Assembly (NCBI RefSeq): GCF_006345805.1
Contig: NW_021835640.1
Coordinates: 1 to 26,039, forward strand
DNA length: 26,039 nucleotides
Origin: Octopus sinensis
Lineage: Eukaryota
Direction of reading: 5' to 3'
The first letter of the stretch is position 1. Each line of letters begins with the position of its first letter. The position numbers and the translations under genes are program-made. The notes below the pieces were generated by a model. The model was not told where the DNA came from. It ran no database searches and was given only the letters and a program-made list of their open reading frames with translations. Shown one piece after another: positions 1 through 9,480 of this stretch.

Positions 1-408
1 CCCGGGTGAATGCTAGAAGAAGAAGAAGAAGAACTATAAAATTGTAATAAAAATGTTTTAGTTTTATTAATTTTTCATATTTTCCTGAGTTTTTTGCGTT
101 TATTTTCGAGCAATACGATTTCTCAAATCCATCAATAAACGGTTTTAGATCTTCGCAGTCTCATTTTCAAGATGAAGTAATGTTGGAGTGTAATGCTGTT
201 TCTCTTGAATGTGGAAAGGGTAAATTTAAGCACTAGATTCATATATTACCGTTACATGTTAGTGCATGTTATCGCTACCATTAACGAAAGCCATGACTTT
301 GATGGCACTTAACGATTATTCTTCAATATTCAAAACGTAAATAAATGTAGCAAAATGATAGTTTTGGAGCGCAGAGAAATTAGCTGAATAAACCATTTAA
401 ATACTTAC

Positions 409-481
409 ACTTGTGCAATTCTGGTGTAATTGTTTGTGTAGTTAATTCCCAGAGTAATTGCGACAATGACAGCTGGAAGAC
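409..481 (-). CDS. aGPCR exon, TM4 + ECL2: (G)LPAVIVAITLGINYTNNYTRIAQ(V)
   Basis: Acceptor gtccttgtcag, donor gtaagt; 73 nt; completes WGLP across the junction. Confidence 0.93.
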
Positions 482-759
482 CTGACAAGGACATTTACAG
501 AAATTGATATAAATATGCAAGATCATTAATCAATATTTAAAACCATAAACATATGATATTTAAATCGATTTAGTTGACAATATTTTTGCTCAGAAAAAAG
601 TTTGTAGTTCAAATCGAAATCAATATCTCTTTCGATCCACAAAGATCAGTTTTTGCTATTTCATTCTTTAGGTTCTACAAATAGGTGCGATTAATATATA
701 AATTCTATCCTACATTATTTATAGTTGACGGATATTTGTCTTCATCTTGTTTGTTGTTA

Positions 760-803
760 ACACAACGTTTCGGCTGATATACCCTCCAGCCTTCATCAGG
801 TGA
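760..803 (-). ncRNA. Minimal hammerhead ribozyme-like motif (Penelope-type)
   Basis: Minus strand reads cac-CUGAUGA-a-ggcug(gaggguauau)cagcc-GAAA-cguu-gug. It has the core boxes, a 5 bp stem II, a palindromic AACGUU stem III and a 3 bp stem I (cac/gug). Activity is untested. Confidence 0.6.
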
Positions 804-837
804 TGAAGGCTGGAGGCTATATCAGCCGAAGCGTTGT

Positions 838-1143
838 CATCATCATTATCGTTTAACGTCCGTTCTCTATGCTAGCTTGGGTTGGACGGTTCAACCGGGG
901 ATCTGGGAAGCCAGAAGGCTGCACCAGGCTCTAGTCTGATCTGGCAGTGTTTCTACGGCTGGATGCCTTTCCTAACGCCAACCACTCCGTGAGTGTAGTG
1001 GTGCTTTTTACGTGCCACTGGCACAGGTGCCAAGTGAGGCTGGCGACGGCCACGATCGGATTAGTGCTTTTTACATGCCACCGGCATGGAAGCCAGTCAA
1101 GGCGGCGCTGGCATCGGCCACGTTCGGATGGTGCTTTTTACGC
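838..1143 (-). mobile_element. 3' end of a non-LTR retroposon (RTE-type tail, SINE or LINE)
   Basis: Minus strand ends ...ggacgttaaacgataatgatgatg. It contains the ggcgttaggaaaggcatcc motif I recall from RTE-related tails, plus three internal gtgcttttta repeats, and interrupts the fold-back. Confidence 0.55.
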
Positions 1144-1425
1144 AACCAAAATGAGGGAAAATATCCGTCAATTGTAAATAACGTAAATAATATACATAAT
1201 TCCTCATCTCTTAAATATAGAACTGTATCTTCTATCCAATGCTTCAGTGGAAACAAAACGTAAAATATACTGGGGATTTTGGACAATGGTATGAAGAATA
1301 AATTATGTGGAAGAGGGAAGACAGAAATTCGCTCTCACCAACTTCATATATTATTCGTTGCGACAGGTGAAAGTGAAAAATCAGCAATTTAGGTTTTGTC
1401 AAGAGATGAGATCAGACTGAAACTA

Positions 1426-1838
1426 TTTACTCTTTTACTTGTTTCAGTCATTTGACTGCGGCCATGCTGGAGCACCGCCTTTAGTCGAGCAAATCGACCC
1501 CGGGGACTTATTCTTTGTAAGCCCAGTACTTATTCTATCGGTCTCTTTTGTCGAACCGCTAAGTGACGGGGACGTAAACACACACCAGCATCGGTTGTCA
1601 AGAAATGCTAGGGGGACAAACACAGACACACAAACAAACACACACACATACATATATATATATATACATATATACGACAGGCTTCTTTCAGTTGCCGTCT
1701 ACCAAATCCACTCACAATGCTTTGGTCGGCCCGGGGCTATAGCAGAAGACACTTGCCCAAGATGCCACGCAGTGGGATTGAACCCAGAACCATGTGGTTG
1801 GTTAGCAAGCTACTTACCACACAGCCACTCCTGCGCCT
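1426..1838 (-). mobile_element. SINE-A (tRNA-derived head, internal (TA)n(TG)n, GTAAAAGA tail)
   Basis: A box tggctgtgtgg and B-box-like ggttcaatccc; near-identical to six other loci in the window. Confidence 0.9.
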
Positions 1839-1959
1839 ATTTGCATAGAAATGTCACTTAAGACTGCCTCAGGGGCCAAACCTGGAAGATTTATTACTTA
1901 ATTTATATTTTTAATGGACCTTTCTAGCCACATGTTAACGTCTCGTTTCAACTACTTAC

Positions 1960-2104
1960 CCCATGCCAAAATTGAACTCCTCAGCATAAAAGATGTCTGA
2001 TATGTTTTGAATACAACGACCACACCGAGGAAGACATTAAGCGCTTCTACAGCCATCCACATGAGAGAAGTCAGAAGGAAGTAGTGGATGAGAGCCGCCA
2101 CTGC
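1960..2104 (-). CDS. aGPCR exon, TM3 + ICL2: AVAALIHYFLLTSLMWMAVEALNVFLGVVVVFKTYQTSFMLRSSILAW(G)
   Basis: Acceptor ttcttgttgttcttgttgtag, donor gtaagt; 145 nt, phase 0-1; HYF.L...WM.VEA is the aGPCR/family B TM3 signature. Confidence 0.96.
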
Positions 2105-2627
2105 CTACAACAAGAACAACAAGAATAACGATAACAATAATTTACATGCATGGCTTCAAATATATATTGTTTTGCAGGGGTGGGACATAGTTAAGTAGAT
2201 GTCAGTTCTTGATTGATATTTTATATTACTGAACCCAGAAGGATGGAAATTAAAATGGAAATTTCATCACATAACTTAGAGACGCATATCAAAAGAGAAA
2301 GAAATTTCGTTTGATGCATTTACCAATCAAGCAGTGCCCATTAGATAATAATAATAATAATTGTTGCTTTAGTAGATAGGAGGACTTTCATTCAGTAACA
2401 GCCCAGGCTGAGGCTCTTTTCAAATTCCTTCCAGCATCACTAAATACAACATTTAATGCTGCTTTATTCGTCCCTGCATCGTATCATTTTACCAGTGTTT
2501 TATTTTTAGATAATGACATTACCTTTTATGATCAGAAATACCAAGTAATGAGTAATTAACATTTAAATCCTCAAACTGTATTTTGTATAACATCTTCCTC
2601 ACATCCCTTCACCTTTATATAAACACC

Positions 2628-2877
2628 GGTCGAGGGATCGCGGGTTCGAATATCAGACAGGGCGATGTGTGTGTTTATGAGCAAAAACACCTAAGCTCCA
2701 CACGGAGGTAATGGCAAACTTCTGCTGATTCTTTCGCCACAACTTTCTCTCACTCTTTCCTGCATTTTGCAGCTCACCTGCGACGGACCGGCGTCCCGTC
2801 CAGGCGGGGAACCTATACGCCAAGAAACCGAGAAACCGGCCCTTATGAGCCAGGCATGGCCCAAGAGCCAGGCATGG
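2628..2877 (+). mobile_element. SINE-C-related element, 5'-truncated, distinct 3' tail (gagccaggcatgg x2)
   Basis: Shares the B box ggttcgaat and the central caactttctctcactctt domain with the SINE-C copies. Confidence 0.75.
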
Positions 2878-2995
2878 CCGTGTGGAGCTTAGGTGTTTTT
2901 GCTCATAAACACACACATCGCCCGTTCTGATATTCGAACCCACGATCCCTCGACCGCGAGTCCGCTGCTCTAACCACTAGGCCATGTGCCTCCAC
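2878..2995 (-). mobile_element. tRNA-like head of the same SINE-C-related element, inverted
   Basis: Minus strand gtggaggcacatggcctagtggttagagcagcggactcgcggtc...; 2878-2956 is the reverse complement of 2627-2705. Confidence 0.8.
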
Positions 2996-3379
2996 ATGAT
3001 AGGAGGACTGTAAAAGATATGATAAAACAGAAATAATGTTGAACAGAAACCTCAGGTGTAGTGGTCCAGGTGTTTATATAAATGTGAAGGGAAGTGAGAA
3101 AGATGTTATACAAAATACAGTTTGATGATTTAAATGCTAATCACTCATTCCTTGGTATTTCTGACCATAAAAGGTAATGTCATTATCTAAAATTAAAGCA
3201 CTGGTAAAATGATACGATGCAGGGACGAACAGCATTAAATGTAGTATTTAGTGATGCTGGAAGGAATTTGAAAAGAGCCTGGGCTGTTACTGAATGAAAT
3301 CAAGGTGGCGCAATAAACCGTTGTTCATGGTGTTTCATACAAACAAAATTCGTACAGGCAAAAAAATCTTTTAACTTAC

Positions 3380-3503
3380 CTTACAAACACCTGTTATTTT
3401 TGAGGCATATGGTTGCATCCCAGCAAGAAAGATGATATTAGTGATAGCCAAAGAAATGCACAAGTTTACTAAGATCTTTGAAACCATTAATTTTCTTAGA
3501 GTT
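3380..3503 (-). CDS. aGPCR exon, ICL1 + TM2: TLRKLMVSKILVNLCISLAITNIIFLAGMQPYASKITGVCK
   Basis: Acceptor ctttcttttcccattatttcag, donor gtaagt; 124 nt, phase 2-0. Confidence 0.95.
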
Positions 3504-3641
3504 CTGAAATAATGGGAAAAGAAAGAGCTATATTTCATTTAATGGAGATTAAATCTCTAGAAAATTACTCAATGCATAAATAATAGCTATGTGTGTATAA
3601 GTGACAGTTAGCTGGGATATAAGTGACGTGTTAAAATTTAT

Positions 3642-3648
3642 ACACACA

Positions 3649-3705
<57 letters not shown>

Positions 3706-3706
3706 A
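3642..3706. repeat. (CA)n(TA)n microsatellite
   Basis: Directly visible. Confidence 0.95.
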
Positions 3707-3769
3707 TTTGTGCTTATATGTGATTTTAAAAAACTGTGTATAATGACCTTAATGAGATATAAAACACCA

Positions 3770-4180
3770 TACTCTTTTTACTCTTTACTCTTTTTACTTG
3801 TTTCAGTCATTTGACTGCGGCCATGCTGGAGCACCGCCTTTAGTCAAGCAAATCGACCCCGGGACTTATTCTTTGTAAGCCCAGTACTTATTCTATCGGT
3901 CTCTTTTGTCGAACCGCTAAGTTACGGGGACGTAAACACACCAGCATCGGTTGTCAAGCAATGCTAGGGGAACAAACACAGACACACAAACATATTCACA
4001 CACACTTATATATATATACATATATACGACAGGCTTCTTTCAGTTTCCGTCTACCAAATCCACTCACAAGGCATTGGTCGGCCCGGGGCTATAGCAGAAG
4101 ACACTTGCCCAAGATGCCACGCAGTGGGACTGAACCCGGAACCATGTGGTTGGTTAGCAAGCTACCAAACAGCCACTCCT
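3770..4180 (-). mobile_element. SINE-A copy
   Basis: Near-identical to 1426-1838, with a reiterated tail. Confidence 0.9.
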
Positions 4181-4217
4181 GAAAGAAGCCTGTCGTATAT
4201 ATGTATATATATATAAG

Positions 4218-4724
4218 TGTAATTGACTTAATCCGTTTGTATGTCCTTGTTTGTCCTCTCTGTGTTTAGCTCCTTGTAGGTAGTAAAGAAATAGGCATTT
4301 CGTCTGTCGTTACGTTCTGAGCTCAAATTCCGCCGAGATCGACTTTGCCTTTCATTCTTTCGGGGGTCAATAAATTAAGTACCCGTTACGCACTGGGGTC
4401 GATGTAATCGACTTAATCCCTTTTTCTTTCCTTGTTATCATCTCTGTGTTTAGCCACAAGGGGCTAAACAGGTATTTCGTCTGTTTTTTGGCGGTGAGCT
4501 GGCAGAAACGTTAGCGCGTCGGGCGAAATGCTTAGCGGTATTTCGTCTGCCGTTACGTTCTGAGTTCAAATTCCGCCGAGGTCGACTTTGCCTTTCATTC
4601 TCTCGGGTTCGATAAATAAAATACCAGTTACGTACTGGGGTCGATATAATCGACTTAATCCATTTGTCTGTCCTTGTTTGTCCCCTCTGTGTTTAGCCCC
4701 TTGTGGGCAATAAAGAAATAAATA
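4218..4724 (+). mobile_element. SINE-B cluster: tail fragment, headless copy and full-length copy (4490-4724)
   Basis: Head ggcggtgagctggcagaaacg, B-box-like gagttcaaattcc, gactttgcctttcat domain and aataaagaaata tail. Confidence 0.85.
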
Positions 4725-4900
4725 CGCTACGAACTAACCCTACTAAAACATACAAAATAGATCTCCCTCATCTTCTCTTTTTCTTTCTTTATTTCATCTT
4801 TACTGTCAGTCACAAAACTTGCCCTATAATAACCGTCCAATCAGTTACCCATCAGAGTGACATACTGGAAATTTCTCCTCATCCCTGTTTTTTTCCTATC

Positions 4901-5765
4901 TATCTGCGGCTTTATATAGCTATGGTAAGACCTCACCTGGAATTTGCATCACCGGTCTGGAACCCCTATCTTGCCCAGGATATCAATCGTCTGGAAGCTG
5001 TTCAGTGACGTGCAACCAAAAGAATACCCTCCATCAGGCATTTGCCATATCCTGAACGCCTTACTTCCCTGGGCATGGAATATTGAAACTCCGACGTCTG
5101 GCAGCTGACTTGGCAGACACCCATAAAATTATCAACCATCGCACAAACAATAACTCTGAGCACCTCTTCAAACTCCACCCATCTAACACCCGTGGACATA
5201 TTTACAAAGTAAGAAAACAGCACAGCTCCCATGACTTTAGGAAACATTTTTTCACGCTGAGAGTTGCTGAAGCATGGAACAAACTGCCAGCATCAGTTGT
5301 TAGTTGTCGGAGCACTGCATCCTTCAAAACTTCCATGCTTCCTGAGATTCGCCAACACTACACCTGACTTTCTCCCCTCCATACACACGCTGAAGCATGG
5401 AACAAACTGCCGGCATCAGTTGTTAGTTGTCGGAGCACTGCATCCTTCAAAACGTCCATGCTTCCTGAGATTCGCCAACACTACACCTGGCTTTCTCCCC
5501 TCCATACACATGCTGAAGCATGGAACAAACTGCCGGCATCAGTTGTTAGTTGTCGGAGCACTGCATCCTTCAAAACTTCCATGCTTCCTGAGATTCGCCA
5601 ACACTACACCTGACTTTCTCCCCTCCATACACACACAAGCATGTATCTGGATGATACACTGATCGCTTTCCAGACATTTGCACATTACTGCATGTACTTT
5701 TTATGCACTTTCTGACAAGTTGTGGTGCACCTGAGCACTGTATACAATAATTTCATTATTATTAT
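4901..5765 (+). mobile_element. CR1/L2-clade LINE 3' fragment (ORF2 C-terminus + 3'UTR), decayed
   Basis: Reads LYIAMVRPHLEFASPVWNPYLAQDINRLEAVQ*RATK...YPERLTSLG...LKLRR...TRGH...RKHFFTLRVAEAWNKLPASVV. One stop (5006-5008), one frameshift near 5080 and an (ATT)n tail. Confidence 0.9.
5266..5634 (+). repeat. 3 x 123 bp tandem duplication of the CR1 ORF2 end
   Basis: Units start at 5266, 5389 and 5512; this explains ORF 5264..5662. Confidence 0.95.
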
Positions 5766-5867
5766 AAACATCATCCACATCGATCCGTGAGAACCCTAGG
5801 AACTGACGGAAGCTGCTTCTCTATATTTAAGCAATTTATGAAAGAAAATAGAAACTGAAATTCTTAC

Positions 5868-5986
5868 TTGGAACAAACATGAATTATTATTGTAAGAATT
5901 AGACAGACTAATGATATTCCGCAGCCAACGTTTGATAAAATAGATAAGATTTCATCATTCGGTCCATTTCCGGTCTGGTAGACATC
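5868..5986 (-). CDS. aGPCR exon, Stachel end + TM1: DVYQTGNGPNDEILSILSNVGCGISLVCLILTIIIHVCS(K)
   Basis: Acceptor ttgtttctattgcag, donor gtaaga; 119 nt, phase 0-2; VGCGISLVCL TM1 motif. Confidence 0.95.
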
Positions 5987-6075
5987 CTGCAATAGAAACA
6001 AGTAACAACATATTATCTGCTTCGCCCTTGCTTTCTCATATTTTAGTCAAGAATTTTAGGAATTATGAATATAAA

Positions 6076-6242
6076 TAGGCGCAGCAGTGGCTGTGTGGTA
6101 AGTAGATTGCTAACCAACCACATGGTCCCGGGTTCAGTCCCACTGTGTGGCACATTGGGCAAGTGTCTTCTGCTATAGCCCCGAGCCGACCAATGCCTTG
6201 TGAGTGGATTTGGTAGACAGAAACTGAAAGAAGCCTGTCGTA

Positions 6243-6308
<66 letters not shown>

Positions 6309-6309
6309 G

Positions 6310-6340
<31 letters not shown>

Positions 6341-6540
6341 TGTTTGTCCCCCTAGCATTGCTTGACAACCGATGCTGGTGTGTTTACGTCCCCGTCACGT
6401 AGCGGTTCGGCAAAAGAGACCGATAGAATAAGTACTGGGCTTACAAAGAATAAGTCCTGGTGGTCGATTTGCTCGACTAAAGGCGGTGCTCCAGCATGGC
6501 CGCAGTCAAATGACTGAAACAAGTAAAAAAGTAAAAAAAA
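6076..6540 (+). mobile_element. SINE-A full-length copy
   Basis: taggcgcag head, internal (TA)n(TG)n and tail. Confidence 0.9.
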
Positions 6541-6564
6541 GTATATATATTACGTTTATATATT

Positions 6565-7211
6565 TGTTACTTTTACTCTTTTACTCTTTTACTTGTTTCA
6601 GTCATTTGACTGCGGCCATGCTGGAGCACCGCCTTTTTAGTCGAGCAAATCGACCACCAGGACTTATTCTTTGTAAGCCCAGTACTTATTCTATCAGTCC
6701 CTTTTGCCGAACCGCTAAGTTACGTATTTCTTTACTACCCACAAGGGGCTAAACACAGAAATGACAAACAAGGACAGACAAACGGATTAAGTCGATTATA
6801 TCGACCCCAGTGCGTAACTGGTACTTATTTAATCGACCCCGAAAGGATGAAAGGCAAAATCGACCTCGGCGGAATTTGAACTCAGAACGTAACGGCAGAG
6901 GAAATACGGCTACGTTTTTCGCCTGGCGTGCTACCGGTTCTGCCAGTTCGCCGCCTTGTTACGGGGACGTAAACACACCAGCATCGGTTGTGAAGCGATG
7001 TTGGGGGGACAAACACAGACAAACAAACACACATATGTATACATATATACGACGGGCTTCTTTCAGTTTCCGTCTACCAAATCCACTCACAAGGCTTTGG
7101 TCGGCCCGAGGCTATAGTAGAAGACACTTGCCCAAGGTGTCACGCTGTGGGACTGAACCTGGAACCATGTGGTTAGTAAGCAAGCTACTTACCACACAGC
7201 CACTCCTGCGG
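6565..7211 (-). mobile_element. SINE-A copy interrupted by SINE-B
   Basis: Tail-to-tail with 6076-6540; the two halves rejoin across the duplicated gttacg. Confidence 0.85.
6725..6957 (-). mobile_element. SINE-B nested in SINE-A, 6 bp TSD gttacg
   Basis: gttacg at 6719-6724 and 6958-6963. Confidence 0.88.
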
Positions 7212-7372
7212 GGCAAGATTTGTTATGTGAAATCGTGTGTTGAAACAGATATTGTTGTATTTCGGAATGGTCATTTTGCCAGTTTAGCCAATAAAAACAC
7301 ACGCACTATATATTTGGTGTTACTTTGCTTCAGTGTTATTTATTTTTTACATTAATCTTAATCATATTTCGG

Positions 7373-8092
7373 CCCAGACCGGGCGTTGTGCGTGTTTATT
7401 GAGCGAAAACACCTAAAGCTTCACGAGGCTCCGGCAGGGGGTGGTGGCGACCCCTGTTGTACTCTTTCACTCCAACTTTCTCTCACTCTTTCTTCCTGTT
7501 TCTTGTCCCCGACTTCCTACGCAACCGCTGAGCCTGGATGCGCATTCATCCATCCGTCGATGCTCTCGGTGTCGGGGGGCTGACCTGCTTTCTCTTCTGC
7601 GGTTCTTACGAATAGCAAAGGAGCACGTTTCGGTCTTCTCCCATCTTCCGAGCTCTGGGACGAAGTCCGTTCGCTCAACAGCAACAGCAGCGACAACAAC
7701 AACAACAAGTGGAGGCGCAATGGCCCAGTGGTGTAGGGCGGCGGACTCGCGGTCGGAGGATTGCGGTTTCGATTCCCAGACCGGGCGTTGTGTGTGTTTA
7801 TTGAGCGCAAACACCTAAAGCTTCACGAGGCTCCTGCAGGGGGTGGTGGCGACCCCTGTTGTACTCTTTCGCTCCAACTTTCTCTCACTCTTTCTTCCTG
7901 TTTCTTGTCCCCGACTTCCTACGCAACCGCTAAGCCTGGATGCGCATTCATCCATCCGTCGATGCTCTCGGTGTCGGGGGGCTGACCTGCTTTCTCTTCT
8001 GCGATTCTTACGAATAGCAAAGGAGAACGTTTCGGACTTCTCCCATCTTGCGAGCTCTGGGACGAAGACCGTTCGCTCAACAGCAACAGCAG
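7373..8092 (+). mobile_element. Tandem pair of SINE-C2 copies (period 402 bp), (CAA/CAG)n tails
   Basis: First copy is 5'-truncated (7373-7708); second is full-length from gtggaggcgcaatgg at 7709. Confidence 0.88.
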
Positions 8093-8195
8093 AATCAAGA
8101 ACAGCAATGATTTATAATACCTCACCCACACTAAAATATCTACCAACAGCTTACATTGTCTTGTATAGATCTTTTTGAAATTATTAATGCATATA

Positions 8196-8574
8196 CACTA
8201 CCGTCAGAAATTACTTAGCACCCTTGATTTGCTCTTCACTCAAGGTATGTGCTGTCACCTAGTGGCCATATCTCGAACTATTGCTTTGTTGCAAGTTCAC
8301 TGTTGCGCAGAACGATGACGTAACTTTGTTTGCAGAGCAGTTTGAGAGTCTACAGCCTTATGATGTTGACATAGCAGTGCAACAACAACTTGGAGTGCGG
8401 ATGCAGACAAACTTCCTTTGTTTAATAGATATAGGTAGCGCCTCGGAAGGACCGAAATCACACCATACTAAGTTTTCTCATCGCGTATGACGTTTTGAAC
8501 AGCTCATAGGTTAATTGATTTAACCTATTTAATGTAGAAATTTGAGAAGTGCTAATTAATTTCTGACGCAAGTG
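8196..8574. mobile_element. Tc1/mariner-like MITE (379 bp)
   Basis: 26 bp TIRs cactaccgtcagaaattacttagcac and gtgctaattaatttctgacgcaagtg (23/26), with TA on both flanks (8194-8195, 8575-8576). Confidence 0.8.
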
Positions 8575-8627
8575 TACATAAGAATCCAAACTACAGGTAA
8601 TTTACAGGTTGTCATAATCTTACCAAC

Positions 8628-8768
8628 CATTATTATGGCAAAACTTGTCAGATGGTTACAGGAACAAAATACTTTCTCTCCTGATATATTGTGGGATCTT
8701 TTACAGCCTTCTCCTGACCAGTTACCAAGTATTTCATCCCAATAAACACACCGCAGGTTGGTGGCATT
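8628..8768 (-). CDS. aGPCR exon, GPS motif: NATNLRCVYWDEILGNWSGEGCKRSHNISGEKVFCSCNHL/TSFAIIM
   Basis: Acceptor aatttttttcag, donor gttggt; 141 nt; all four GPS cysteines, both tryptophans and the H-L-T autoproteolysis triad are present. Confidence 0.96.
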
Positions 8769-8901
8769 CTGAAAAAAATTATGATAATTTACTTTTGATT
8801 AAATACATGATTAAATTCATGTCTTCGGTATTTTGACAAAAGAATATTTGAGCAAACCCTGATCATCAATGCTTGGTTTTTAATGACATTGTGAATTCCA
8901 T

Positions 8902-9381
8902 GTCTGTTTCTTTTTATTACCCACAAGGGGCTAAACATAGAGGGAACAAACAAGGACAGACAAAGGGATTAAGTCGGTTATATCGACCCCAGTACGTAAC
9001 TGGTACTTAATTTATCTACCCCGAAACGATGAAAGGCAAAGTCGACCTCGGGAGAATTTGAACTCAGAACGTAACAGCAGACGAAATACGGCTACGCATT
9101 CCGCCCGGCGTGCTAACGTTTCTGCCAGCTCGCCGCCTTATTACAGGGAATTACTATTTTATTTTTAACTACCCACAAGGGGCTAAACACAGACGAGACA
9201 GACAAACGAATTAAGTTGATTACATCGACCCCAGTACGTAACTGGTACTTAATTTATCGACCCCGAAACGATGAAAGGCAAAGTCGACCTCGGGAGAATT
9301 TGAACTCAGAACGTAACAGCAGATGAAATACGGCTACGCATTTCGCCCGGCGTGCTAACGGTTCTGCCAACTCGCCGCCTT
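8902..9381 (-). mobile_element. Head-to-tail SINE-B dimer within one 13 bp TSD
   Basis: Copies at ~8906-9137 and ~9155-9379; ttgtgaattccat at 8889-8901 and 9382-9394. Confidence 0.85.
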
Positions 9382-9480
9382 TTGTGAATTCCATATCATT
9401 GGCTGTAATACAGTGCAACTGACTATTTCATATCGTCTATGAATCGATATGTATTTCCATAATTTACACAATATTGTCAT

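Larger units (their letters stand above)
709..1250. mobile_element. Penelope-like terminal repeat fragments in inverted (fold-back) arrangement, split by a later insertion
   Basis: 762-798 pairs with 801-837 (35/37). Complementarity to 709-760 resumes at ~1143-1190 after the 838-1143 insert. The PLE assignment rests on the hammerhead motif. Confidence 0.55.
2386..3299. repeat. Nested inverted duplication
   Basis: 2386-2627 is the reverse complement of 3069-3299, and 2627-2705 is the reverse complement of 2878-2956. A 12 bp direct repeat gataggaggact lies at 2375-2386 and 2998-3009. Confidence 0.85.

Noticed and set aside
1-33. Possible Helitron 3' end (ccggg...ctag) followed by (AGA)n
   Set aside because: Only 16 nt are visible at the window edge and the base after CTAG is not T.
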